From assembly GCA_963716725.1 (NCBI GenBank), contig CAVQUB010000013.1:192001-256000 (forward strand): DNA of 64,000 nt. Direction: 5' to 3'. This document shows positions 48,115 through 56,850 of the stretch, piece by piece. The notes beneath the pieces are model-generated. The model was not told the origin of the DNA and did no database searches. It saw nothing but the letters and a program-made list of their open reading frames with translations. The stretch's first letter is position 1; the number at the start of each line of letters is the position of its first letter. Origin of the DNA: an uncultured delta proteobacterium (GTDB taxonomy: Bacteria; Myxococcota_A; Polyangia; Polyangiales; Polyangiaceae). A program made the position numbers and the translations under genes.

Positions 48115-48761
48115 CGCTCGAGCTCCCGGAGTCGGGCCACGAGCCCGGCGGCCTGCGTCTCGATCCGGGCGGGGCGCGACTGGGCGCTCGGGACGTACAC
48201 ATCCTCCGTCCGCTCGGCGATGATGACCGCCGCATCGGCGGCGGGACGGACGGCGGGCGCCCGGCCCAGAACGTCACGGATCACGTCCGCGAAGCCCGGC
48301 GATGTAGCGCGCGGCGGCGGCGCGGGCAGCGCCTCTACTGGCTTGGGTAGCGCTAGCTTTCGTGCGTCGAGCCAGGCGAGCTTCTGTACATTCTGGTCGG
48401 TCACGCCCAAGAGCACGACCTTGGTCCCGACGCGCGCAACGACCGCCTGAGCCTTGGGGCCGAGTCGTGTGCTTGCCAGCACTTCGAGCATGAGTCCGGC
48501 CTGTTGGGTCGCCGCGACTCGCTCCCGCTTCTTTCTCCAGAACAGCACTCCCCCACCCAGCGCCGCGAAGCCGACGAGCCCAAGCAGGGCCCGCATGCCG
48601 TTCGCTGAGCCGGCGGGGCTCTCGCTGGACAACGAGACCTGCCCGCGCTGAGACAACCACGCGCGGGGCCCGTCGGACGCATCCGGCGGATCGGCGGTCT
48701 GTGCGCGGAGCGGCGAGGCAATGGAGAGCGCGAGCGCTACAAACAGCACCAGAGCCTTCAT
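48111..48761 (-). CDS. fliO: FliO-like flagellar protein with an N-terminal signal peptide
   Basis: TM helix, then LEVLASTRLGPKAQAVVARVG..LLGVT; located between fliN and fliP. Confidence 0.8.
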   Translation of the reverse strand: MKALVLFVALALSIASPLRAQTADPPDASDGPRAWLSQRGQVSLSSESPAGSANGMRALLGLVGFAALGGGVLFWRKKRERVAATQQAGLMLEVLASTRLGPKAQAVVARVGTKVVLLGVTDQNVQKLAWLDARKLALPKPVEALPAPPPRATSPGFADVIRDVLGRAPAVRPAADAAVIIAERTEDVYVPSAQSRPARIETQAAGLVARLRELER

Positions 48762-49165
48762 CCGTTGCCCCCCCGTCGCCCCTCGTCGCCCACCAGAACC
48801 TCGGTCAGACGAACGCCGTAGCGCTCGCCCAGGACCACCGCCTCGCCCTGAGCGATGAGTCGGTTGTTGACGTAAACGTCGAGCGGCTCTCCGTTGATCT
48901 TGTCGAGCTCGAGCACCGAGCCGGGTCCGAGCCGCAAGATCTCGCCGATCTTGGTGCTGCGGCGGCCCAGCTCCACGGTGACCTCGACCGGGACGTCCAT
49001 CACGAACCCGATGGAGTCGAGGGTTGTGGGAGCCGGCGAGGGCACCTGCTCCACCGGCGGCGCGGACAAGGGGGTGACGGCAGGCGCCGCAGAATCGGCC
49101 GAGACCGGCGCGAAGCCGGGTGCGTGTGATGTCTTCGCGTCGCTCATGTCGGTCTCCGCATTCAC
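48758..49165 (-). CDS. fliN: Flagellar motor switch protein FliN
   Basis: DVPVEVTVELG...GSVLELDK..GEPLDVYVN..LIAQGEAVV...YGVRLT. Confidence 0.95.
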   Translation of the reverse strand: MNAETDMSDAKTSHAPGFAPVSADSAAPAVTPLSAPPVEQVPSPAPTTLDSIGFVMDVPVEVTVELGRRSTKIGEILRLGPGSVLELDKINGEPLDVYVNNRLIAQGEAVVLGERYGVRLTEVLVGDEGRRGGNG

Positions 49166-50088
49166 TCTTCGTGCCGACCGCGGATCTGAACCGAGAGCTG
49201 TCCGCGAGAGACCACGGGGGTGCCGATGAACTTCTTCAATCCGGCCACGCGTACGACGACGGAATCGTCGACGGCGGTGGGCAGGCGAATCACCTGCCCC
49301 ACCTTGAACGAAAGCACCTGGCGCAGGTCGAGGGTCACGACGCCCAGCTCGGCCACAATGGCCACCGGAACGTCGTGAACCGCCTCGGCCATGCGCGGAT
49401 CGGATGCGGCTGGAGCGTCCTCCTCGGCCTGGTCACGCGCCGCTGCCTCCAGCGCTTCGGCGCTGACGGCGACAGATACGGTCGCGCTGTCGCTCAATCC
49501 GGCGAATGAGCACTCGACCGCCAGGCCATCCACCGCGCTGGCGTCCCCTTCCTCACCGGAGGCCATGGACTGCGCGGCGACGACTTGCAGCCGCAGCCCG
49601 GTCTCTTCCTTGACGACGGCAGCGAAGTCGCGAGCCAGGGAGCGTGCGATGCGCGCCGCGAGCGCTGCCTGCGCCAGGCTCAGCTCGGACGCGAGGGCAG
49701 CAACGGTCCCTCCCTCGCCCCCACCCAGCGCGGACTCGAGCAGCAGCGAGAGCGCCTCCGAGTTCAGCGAGACCATCCCCCACGCCGGACCGTCCTCGGC
49801 CTCGAGCCGAACCACGAATCTTGGCCCGGCCGCGGCGGCGCGGTCGGGGCCGGGACCGGCGAGGGCGACCGAGCCCGGTTCAAGGTTGGCGCGACGGCGC
49901 ACCAAGAAGGGCAAGGTCCGCCGCGCAGCGCGCGCGAATCGACTCGCGATCCTCGCCATGGCCTGCATCGCGCCGCGGAGGTGGCGTTCTCTTCCGGTCA
50001 GATCCAGCGGCCGCAAGCTTCCGCGTCTGCCGGGGCCGGCTTGCGGGATTCGGATCGCGTCGATGGATGCGCGGGCCGCGGCGGTCAT
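49162..50088 (-). CDS. fliM: Flagellar motor switch protein FliM (divergent)
   Basis: Located between fliL and fliN; middle domain with LGG motif; C-terminal SpoA-like domain. Confidence 0.8.
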   Translation of the reverse strand: MTAAARASIDAIRIPQAGPGRRGSLRPLDLTGRERHLRGAMQAMARIASRFARAARRTLPFLVRRRANLEPGSVALAGPGPDRAAAAGPRFVVRLEAEDGPAWGMVSLNSEALSLLLESALGGGEGGTVAALASELSLAQAALAARIARSLARDFAAVVKEETGLRLQVVAAQSMASGEEGDASAVDGLAVECSFAGLSDSATVSVAVSAEALEAAARDQAEEDAPAASDPRMAEAVHDVPVAIVAELGVVTLDLRQVLSFKVGQVIRLPTAVDDSVVVRVAGLKKFIGTPVVSRGQLSVQIRGRHEE

Positions 50089-50582
50089 TGAGTCACGAAG
50101 TCGGTGATGATCATCCGCCGCACTCGCTGCTTGCCGATGGCAGTCACCACCCGTTCGTTCAGTTCGGCCGCGAGTTCGGTGAACTTGGCCGGATTCGTGA
50201 CGTCATCGAAGCTTCTCGTGCGCAAGTACACGATGGCGGCTTCTCTGCCGCGCGGTGTGTACTTCTCGAAGTCTTCGGCCTTGACCTGATCCTCGAGCTC
50301 GAAGGTGAGCGTCACCTTCAGGTGGTGGATCTCCTCGGTCTGGCCGCGGATGTCGACGACGATGGGCTGAAACGCGACCGTCACGGTCATCGCCGGCTCG
50401 CCGTCGGCCGCACCAGGCGCTTTCGCCGCTTTGCCTGGCGCCAAGTACTTCGGGCCCAAGAACGCGCCGCCCGCCGCCGCGCCCGCCGCGACGACGACGA
50501 CGACGACAACAATGCCGATCTTGCTGCTCTTCTTGGGCGCAGGTGCGGGACTCACGGTCCCTTCTTCGCTGACTTCGCTCAT
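50085..50582 (-). CDS. fliL: Flagellar basal body-associated protein FliL
   Basis: Single TM helix; PIVVDI...HHLKVTL...ITDFVTQ. Confidence 0.88.
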   Translation of the reverse strand: MSEVSEEGTVSPAPAPKKSSKIGIVVVVVVVAAGAAAGGAFLGPKYLAPGKAAKAPGAADGEPAMTVTVAFQPIVVDIRGQTEEIHHLKVTLTFELEDQVKAEDFEKYTPRGREAAIVYLRTRSFDDVTNPAKFTELAAELNERVVTAIGKQRVRRMIITDFVTQ

Positions 50583-50596
50583 GCCGACATTCTCGT

Positions 50597-50611
50597 AGCA
50601 AAGGCCGGCCG
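50597..50611 (-). promoter_or_regulatory. Possible sigma-54 promoter for fliL, one base short (CGGCCGGCCTTTGCT, GG-N9-GC)
   Basis: Same position relative to the start codon as the other sites; canonical only if a 1-bp deletion error is present. Confidence 0.3.
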
Positions 50612-50702
50612 CGCTCGTGACGCGACCGGCCTGCCGATTGAGGGTAATGCCAACCCGGTGACTGCGAGCCCCGACGCCAGCCCGCGAGGGCCGGCTTCAG
50701 GA

Positions 50703-51995
50703 CTAGCGCTTGATGTTGATCAGTTCCTGCAGCATTTCGTCGGCGGTGGTGATGGTCTTCGAGTTCGCCGAAAACGATCGTTGGTGCTGAATCAGCCCGA
50801 CGAACTCCTCGGCGAGATCCACGTTGGAGCTCTCCAACGTGCCCGCGGACACCGCGCCACGGCCACCACTGCCAGCGGTCCCCATCGCACCAGTTCCACT
50901 GTCGCGAGTCTCGATCCAGAGGTTTTGACCGGCGCGCCCGAGGCCCTCGTTGGCCCTGAACTTCGCGACGGCAAGCTGCCCGATTGCGAGCTTCTCGCCA
51001 TTCGTGTACAGGCCCATCACTACGCCCTGTCCGTCGACGGCAACGCCGGCGAAGTCGCCAGAGGAGTACCCGTCTTGGGACTGACTCGATACGTTCGAAG
51101 GTGAGCCGAACTGCGTCGAGCCGTCGAGCCCGGTGCCGCCGCCTGCGATGGGAGTCCCAAAGTCCAGCGTGATGGCCTGAGCCGCAGTAGCGCCGGCAAA
51201 GCTGGCGGTGACGGCCGTGGTCGTCGTGACCGTGTTGAGGGCGCCGTTGGTGGTGAACGCGAGGGAACCCGTGCCGATTTCCGCGTTGCCGACCACCGGA
51301 GTGGCCAGCTCGCTGCCTTTGGCGAGCACATGGTAGTCCCACGTGTTCGCCGCCGTCTTGCGGAAGTAGACCTCGAGCTGATGAGCGTTTCCGAGCGAGT
51401 CGTAGGCAGTCATCGAGGTCGAGAAGTTCGCCGTGTTCGCCGGATTCTGCGCGTCCCATGGCAAAGTGGGCGTGGTGGAGTTCGCGTCGAGGTTGGCGGT
51501 GATCTCCATCAGCGCGGTCGCGTTGGGTTGGATCGAGGCCGTCGGGGCCTTGATCGCGGAGATGGACGCTTGGAACGTTCCGTCCGGGTTCGCCGCGTAG
51601 CCCTGCACCTTCAATCCGCCGGAATCCGTCAGGTTCCCTTGGTTGTCGATGACGAACTGCCCGGCGCGCGTATAGAAGTTTCCCGCCACGCCAGCGACCG
51701 TGCCCTGGACGACGAAGAAGCCGTCGCCGTTGAGCGCGAGATCCGTCGAGACGCCGGTGTTCGCCAGCGACCCTTGTGTGAAGAGTTGTTGGATCCCTCC
51801 GACTCTTACGCCTGACCCCGGCAAGGCCGAAGAGGACCCCGCTAGGATTGAGTGTCCCAGCACGTCATGAAAAATGACGCGCTGGCCTTTGAAGCCCACG
51901 GTGTTCACGTTGGCGATGTTGTCGCCGACGACCCCGAGTGCCTCGCCTTCGGCCCGAAGACCAGAAACCCCCGAGTACATTGCCCGCAATACCAT
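50703..51995 (-). CDS. flgE: Flagellar hook protein FlgE
   Basis: SGVSGL...VVGDNIANVNTVGFK, DLALNGDGFF, YTRAGQF, YDSLGNAH, LESSNVDLAEEF. Confidence 0.96.
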   Translation of the reverse strand: MVLRAMYSGVSGLRAEGEALGVVGDNIANVNTVGFKGQRVIFHDVLGHSILAGSSSALPGSGVRVGGIQQLFTQGSLANTGVSTDLALNGDGFFVVQGTVAGVAGNFYTRAGQFVIDNQGNLTDSGGLKVQGYAANPDGTFQASISAIKAPTASIQPNATALMEITANLDANSTTPTLPWDAQNPANTANFSTSMTAYDSLGNAHQLEVYFRKTAANTWDYHVLAKGSELATPVVGNAEIGTGSLAFTTNGALNTVTTTTAVTASFAGATAAQAITLDFGTPIAGGGTGLDGSTQFGSPSNVSSQSQDGYSSGDFAGVAVDGQGVVMGLYTNGEKLAIGQLAVAKFRANEGLGRAGQNLWIETRDSGTGAMGTAGSGGRGAVSAGTLESSNVDLAEEFVGLIQHQRSFSANSKTITTADEMLQELINIKR

Positions 51996-52015
51996 TTGGC
52001 CTCCTAATTATCCTC

Positions 52016-52756
52016 TCACGTCCGTTGGGTCCGCAGCGCCGGCGACAGGCCGGTCGTCATCATGGTGTCGATTTGGCCGGTTCGATCTTCAACAAGATCC
52101 GAGACCGGCACGCTCACCCCGGTGTCGAGGTGCAGCACGGGGTATCCCTTGTCGAACGAGACCGCGGTCACCTTGCCGCTGGTCTCTTGCTCCACACCGA
52201 CCGGACCACCGGCGGCGTCCTTCGCGCTGACGGCGACCTGGTACGCGCCAGCGGGCTGCACCACGCCGGCGTCGTTGCGCCCGTCCCACATCACCTTGGC
52301 AAATCCGCCGGACTTGGCGCCCACTTCGATGGTGCGCACGGCCTCGCCGGCTTGATTTCGAATCGTGACGGTGACCTTGTCGGCGGCACCGCCCAGCGAG
52401 AAATTGACTGGGCTTCCCACACCGGTGCCGTCGCTCGTCACCATGGTGCCGCGGACGGTGGCAGTCTGACCCACCAAGCTGGCCACCTGAGTGTTGGCCA
52501 GCCCGCGATTTTGCAGGGCGAGCATGTCCAGCCGGTCGTTGATGGCGATGGTCTGCTCGAGGGACGAGAACTGCGCCAGCTCCGCCACGAACTCGGAGCC
52601 GTCTTGGGGTTTCAGTGGATCTTGGTGCCGCAACTGCGCGACCAGCAGCTTCAGGAAGGCGTCTCGCCCCATGGTTTGGCCGCCGGTCAACGCGCCGGAC
52701 ATGCCGCTGCCGGTGGCTCCAGATGCTGCTTGCGTGTTGTTGACCGAATCCACCAT
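52016..52756 (-). CDS. flgD: Hook capping protein FlgD (true stop probably at 52060 if a 1-bp insertion near 52094 is removed)
   Basis: FLKLLVAQLRHQDPLKP...AELAQFSSLEQ, WDGRND.G. Confidence 0.94.
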   Translation of the reverse strand: MVDSVNNTQAASGATGSGMSGALTGGQTMGRDAFLKLLVAQLRHQDPLKPQDGSEFVAELAQFSSLEQTIAINDRLDMLALQNRGLANTQVASLVGQTATVRGTMVTSDGTGVGSPVNFSLGGAADKVTVTIRNQAGEAVRTIEVGAKSGGFAKVMWDGRNDAGVVQPAGAYQVAVSAKDAAGGPVGVEQETSGKVTAVSFDKGYPVLHLDTGVSVPVSDLVEDRTGQIDTMMTTGLSPALRTQRT

Positions 52757-52759
52757 GAC

Positions 52760-53350
52760 TCAACCGATCAGGTTCAGACGCTTGTGATGGCGTCTCTTGC
52801 TTTCGCGACTCGTTTCGTCCACGGGCTCCTCACCCGCGGCGCTTCGAGAATTAGACTCAGCAAGAACGGTGCCGAGCCGACTCCGCGCGACCGCACGCAG
52901 CGAAGCGACGCGAATTCCGTTGGCCTCGATGGCCCGTTGCAGCGCCGAAAGCTCGGGCGCAACGGCGAGGTTCGCCTCCGGATCCGTCAAGCCGATGAGA
53001 ATTCGAAGGCCGACCGGTGAGCGATCGACGACGATGTCGACTTCGCCCAAATCGCCGGCACTCAGGCTGACACGCACTCGCGACTCGGACTCAGCAGCCT
53101 CGGGGCTGGGCGCTTTCGCGGCACCGTCACCCGCCGTCCGCTGCGTCAGCGCGCCGTCGCCGGATCGCCAAACCTCCGGCGGCGCGGCGCTCGGCACCGG
53201 CGTAGCCGATGGAGGGCATGCGCCAGCGACGGTCTGCGCCAGCGCACGAGCCCACTTCTCCGCTTCTTGGCGGCGCCTTTGTTCGGCGGCGCGGTCGTCG
53301 CTCGCGACCTCGGGCTTTTCCAGCGCGACCTTCGACGGCTCCATCTTCAT
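52760..53350 (-). CDS. fliK: Short hook-length control protein FliK-like
   Basis: Between fliJ and flgD; Pro/Ala-rich linker, then VSL...DLGEVDIVV FliK_C-like pattern. Confidence 0.65.
   Translation of the reverse strand: MKMEPSKVALEKPEVASDDRAAEQRRRQEAEKWARALAQTVAGACPPSATPVPSAAPPEVWRSGDGALTQRTAGDGAAKAPSPEAAESESRVRVSLSAGDLGEVDIVVDRSPVGLRILIGLTDPEANLAVAPELSALQRAIEANGIRVASLRAVARSRLGTVLAESNSRSAAGEEPVDETSRESKRRHHKRLNLIG
52859..52874 (-). promoter_or_regulatory. Internal sigma-54 promoter (CGGCACC-GTTC-TTGCT) inside the fliK 3' end, upstream of flgD-flgE
   Basis: Near-consensus -24/-12 element about 100 nt before the flgD start. Confidence 0.6.
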
Positions 53351-53799
53351 CGTGCCCGCGCCCGTGCGCCGGCTCGTTGCGCGGCGATTTCGTCGTGAGC
53401 TTTGTTCTCCAAGCGCTCTTCGGTCTGGCGCTCGACCCGACGCAAGCGTTCTTCCAGCACTTCCAGGCTACGGAGCGCGGACCGAGCGGCGAGCACCTGC
53501 TCGTGAGCCCGAGCGGCCACCACCTCGGCGGACGCGAGCCCACGTCGTGCGGCCTCACGATGCAACTCGCGCAACTCGAGCCACTCGTTGGCCGTTCGCC
53601 ACGACTCGGGGTCCGAAGGGTCCTGCGCCAGGTGGGCGCGTTCACCTTCCGCCTGCTGGTGGCGCGCCGCCTCTGTGGCGGCGCGCGAGCTCGCGTTGTC
53701 GACGGCTCGACGGGCGGCCACCAGGCGGGCGGCGCGGTCGTCGAGATCCTTCTTGCGCAGCTCGGTCAGCTTCTGCAACCGCGCTAACCGGCGCGTCAT
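53347..53799 (-). CDS. fliJ: Flagellar export chaperone FliJ
   Basis: Coiled-coil protein directly after fliI, ending LEVLEER...ENKAHDEIA. Confidence 0.8.
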   Translation of the reverse strand: MTRRLARLQKLTELRKKDLDDRAARLVAARRAVDNASSRAATEAARHQQAEGERAHLAQDPSDPESWRTANEWLELRELHREAARRGLASAEVVAARAHEQVLAARSALRSLEVLEERLRRVERQTEERLENKAHDEIAAQRAGARARAR

Positions 53800-55112
53800 G
53801 CCGGTCTCCCGACCGCCTGTCGCGCGAGCGCTTGCAGGCGAGCGCGCGCCTCGTCGGCGGTGACTCGATCGTGGATGCCCTGCTGCAAGAACGCCTCGAG
53901 ATGCGGCATGGCGGCGCGAGCTGCTTCGACGCGCGGATCGCTGCCCGGGACGTAGGCACCGACCTGAATCAGGTCGGCGACCTCACGGTGCGCGGAGAGC
54001 AGATCGCGGAGCAAGGCGCCCGCGCGAAGGTCGTCCGGGTGGGCAATTTCGGGTGCAAGTCGCGAGACACTCTGCAGCACGTCAATGGCCGGAAAGTGCC
54101 CTCGTTCGGCCAGCTCGCGAGACAGCACGATGTGCCCATCCAAGATGCTACGCACCGAATCCGCGATCGGATCGGTCATGTCGTCGCCCTCCACCAGCAC
54201 GGTGTAGAGGGCCGTGATGACGCCGTTGCAGCCTCCAGTCCCGGCGCGCTCCAGCAGCCTCGGAAGCGCCGCGAACACGCTGGGCGGGTAGCCCTTGGTC
54301 GCCGGCGGTTCACCCGCCGCGAGCGCCGCCTCGCGGAGCGCCATCGCGTAGCGGGTGATCGAGTCCATGACCAGCAGCACCGAAAGCCCTTGATTCCTGA
54401 AGTACTCCGCGATGGCCGTGGCCGACTCCGCGCCGCGGGCACGCACGAGCGGCGGCTGGTCGCTGGTCGCGGCGACCACGACGGTGCGGGACATGCCGTC
54501 GGGCCCAAGGCTCTGGCGAATGAAGTCGTTGAGCTCGCGTCCGCGCTCTCCAATCAGACCGACCACGTTCACGTCGGCCTGCGACGACCGACAAATCATT
54601 CCCAGCAGAGTGCTCTTGCCGACTCCGGCTCCGGCAAAGATACCCATGCGTTGGCCAATGCCGAGCGGGAGCATCGCGTCCACCGCGCGAACACCCGTGG
54701 CGAAGGGGCGGTCAATGGGCCGTCTCGCGAAGGGCGGGGGCGGCGGCGCGTGCACGGGCACCATCCGATCGAGCTCCGGCGGCGGCTCGCCGTCGAGCGG
54801 TCGCCCGAAGGAGTCGATGACCCGTCCGAGCAGCCCTTTGGAAGCCGGAACGCTGGCTCCGCGGTGGGTGCGATGAACGCGCGCACCGGGGCGAACTCCG
54901 GCCAGTGGACCCAAGGGCGTGGCCAGCAGTCGACCCCCGCGGAATCCAACCACCTCGAGCTCCAGTCCGCGAGCCGAGTCGACCGCGATGGTGTCCCCCA
55001 CGGCGGCACGGAGCCCGCCGACCTCGACAATGAGCCCCACGACGTCGAGCACCACCCCGTGAGGGTTGTGCACGGGTGCGTTTCGCGTCTTCTCGATCAG
55101 GCGTTCGAGCAT
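53796..55112 (-). CDS. fliI: Flagellar export ATPase FliI
   Basis: GIFAGAGVGKSTLL, LIGERGRE, MDSITRYAMA, KGYPPSVF, LDGHIVLSR. Confidence 0.97.
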   Translation of the reverse strand: MLERLIEKTRNAPVHNPHGVVLDVVGLIVEVGGLRAAVGDTIAVDSARGLELEVVGFRGGRLLATPLGPLAGVRPGARVHRTHRGASVPASKGLLGRVIDSFGRPLDGEPPPELDRMVPVHAPPPPPFARRPIDRPFATGVRAVDAMLPLGIGQRMGIFAGAGVGKSTLLGMICRSSQADVNVVGLIGERGRELNDFIRQSLGPDGMSRTVVVAATSDQPPLVRARGAESATAIAEYFRNQGLSVLLVMDSITRYAMALREAALAAGEPPATKGYPPSVFAALPRLLERAGTGGCNGVITALYTVLVEGDDMTDPIADSVRSILDGHIVLSRELAERGHFPAIDVLQSVSRLAPEIAHPDDLRAGALLRDLLSAHREVADLIQVGAYVPGSDPRVEAARAAMPHLEAFLQQGIHDRVTADEARARLQALARQAVGRPA

Positions 55113-55124
55113 CTCGATTCCGAG

Positions 55125-55871
55125 TCAGGTCGGTGGGGCGCTGTCGGGCTTGAGCGCCAGAAGCAGGGAGGTGAGGCGGGCTTCGATGGACTCGTCGACC
55201 ACCCCGAGCTCCGTCTCGACCACGCAGCCGAACTCGGCCAGCCGCGGGTCGACCTGAACCACGGCGCTCCGCCCGTTGGTGCTCAATCGATGTCTCAACG
55301 ATTCAAGCGCCGTTCCAAAACCGCTACCGACGCGAACCTCGACGCGGTCGTGTTCGCCCAACGCGTCGAGCCCTTCTCGCACCAGTCCTTCGACCACGTC
55401 GGGGCCCACGCTGAGCTCGTGAGCGATGACCCGGCGCGCGATCAGCGTGGCGAGCTCCGCCAGCTGGCCGGCGGTGGCATCGAGCACTTCCCCGCGGGTG
55501 CGTGCCAGCTGTTCGACGGCGTCGATCAAGCCGGCCAGCAGCTCCGGGTCCGGCAGCGCTGGCTCGTGGGCTGCGGGCTCGATGGCGGCAGCGGGTTCGG
55601 ACGGAGTTGGCGCTTCGTCCAGCTCCGATGCGGGCCACGACGCCTCGGCGCTGGCGGGCGGCAGCACCGACTCGGGAAACATGTGCAGCTCTTGCTGGAA
55701 GGCCGCGACCATCTCCGGGGGCAATCGCGGAGGTGCCGCCACGACTATCGCCGGCGTATCGCCGCGTTGTTTGGCGATCCACGACGGCTGTCGGCGGCGC
55801 TCCGGCGTGACGTTCAAGAAGGCCACGCTCCGTTCCTCGATTCGGGCGCGCTCAGACAATGGTCCCCGCAT
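55125..55871 (-). CDS. fliH: Flagellar assembly protein FliH
   Basis: Between fliG and fliI; C-terminal DPRL..FGCVVETELGVVDESIEARL. Confidence 0.85.
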   Translation of the reverse strand: MRGPLSERARIEERSVAFLNVTPERRRQPSWIAKQRGDTPAIVVAAPPRLPPEMVAAFQQELHMFPESVLPPASAEASWPASELDEAPTPSEPAAAIEPAAHEPALPDPELLAGLIDAVEQLARTRGEVLDATAGQLAELATLIARRVIAHELSVGPDVVEGLVREGLDALGEHDRVEVRVGSGFGTALESLRHRLSTNGRSAVVQVDPRLAEFGCVVETELGVVDESIEARLTSLLLALKPDSAPPT

Positions 55872-56835
55872 TCTTCGCGTCCAGCGAGATGGCGCCCTCG
55901 GCCTCGAGGCGCAGCGCGATCTCGACGATCTCCTGCTGCGCCGCTTCCACGTCGGCGAGTCTCACCGCGCCGAGCAACTCCATGTCGTCAGCAATGCGGT
56001 CCGAGGCGCGCTTGCTCATGCCCTTGAACACGTGCTCACGCATTTCCGCACCTGCCGCCTTGAGGGCCAAGACCAGACGGTCGGCCGGCACGGCCTCCAG
56101 CACTGAGCGCAGCGCGCGCGCGTCGAGGGCCAGGAGGTCATCGAATCCGTACATGTTGCGACGGATCTGGGTGGCGAGTTCCGAGTCCCCATCTCCCAAG
56201 CGACTCAGCAATGCTTCACCCGTCTCTCGGGGCAGGCGGCGTACCAGCGCCGCAGACTGGCTGATGCCGTCAACGGACATCGCGGCCTCGGCCTCTTCGG
56301 GTGGCAGGTCCGCAGCCAGCGCCGCGGCGACTTCTTCGAGGAGCCCGGCCGGCACTTCTTTGAGGGTCGCCAAGCGCTCGAGGACGGCAGGCCGGATTTC
56401 ATCGGGCATCCCGTTCAGCACGGCGGCGCCCCGATCCGGGGTCATCTGGGAGATGATCGCGGCGGTGATCTGCGGATGCTCATTTTCCAGCACCATCGCC
56501 AGGGTGCTCGGGTCGGCGGCCAGCAGTCGTTCCATCGCCGACTGGGGCGCGTCGACGAAGATCTCCTGGGCGCGGGCCTCGCCGAGCGCACGCGTCGCCA
56601 GTCGGCGCAGATACCTGACCCCGCCCCGGGGTACGGCAATAGCCTCCCGCGACCGCTCCACGAACTCGGAGTAGACGGAGTCGAGGGCGCTCGACGGCAC
56701 GGCGCGCATCAGCGACGCCACCTCGCGCAGTTTCCTGACCTCGTCGGAGTCGAGCTCGGAGAGAATGGGGGTTGCCGTTGCCTCGTCGAGGGAGAGCAGC
56801 ATCAGCACGGCTTTCTCCGGACCAGTGAGCTCCAT
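55852..56835 (-). CDS. fliG: Flagellar motor switch protein FliG
   Basis: LTGPEKAVLMLLSL, EHPQITA, MSKRAS...DDM...GAVRLADVEAAQQEIV. Confidence 0.96.
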   Translation of the reverse strand: MELTGPEKAVLMLLSLDEATATPILSELDSDEVRKLREVASLMRAVPSSALDSVYSEFVERSREAIAVPRGGVRYLRRLATRALGEARAQEIFVDAPQSAMERLLAADPSTLAMVLENEHPQITAAIISQMTPDRGAAVLNGMPDEIRPAVLERLATLKEVPAGLLEEVAAALAADLPPEEAEAAMSVDGISQSAALVRRLPRETGEALLSRLGDGDSELATQIRRNMYGFDDLLALDARALRSVLEAVPADRLVLALKAAGAEMREHVFKGMSKRASDRIADDMELLGAVRLADVEAAQQEIVEIALRLEAEGAISLDAKNAGTIV

Positions 56836-56850
56836 CGTCGCGCGCTCATG

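Noticed and set aside
52797..56027. 1076-aa plus-strand ORF (also 43456..46464, 1002 aa)
   Set aside because: Antisense shadows of the fliK-fliG and flhA-flhB genes; long shadow ORFs are expected at this GC content.
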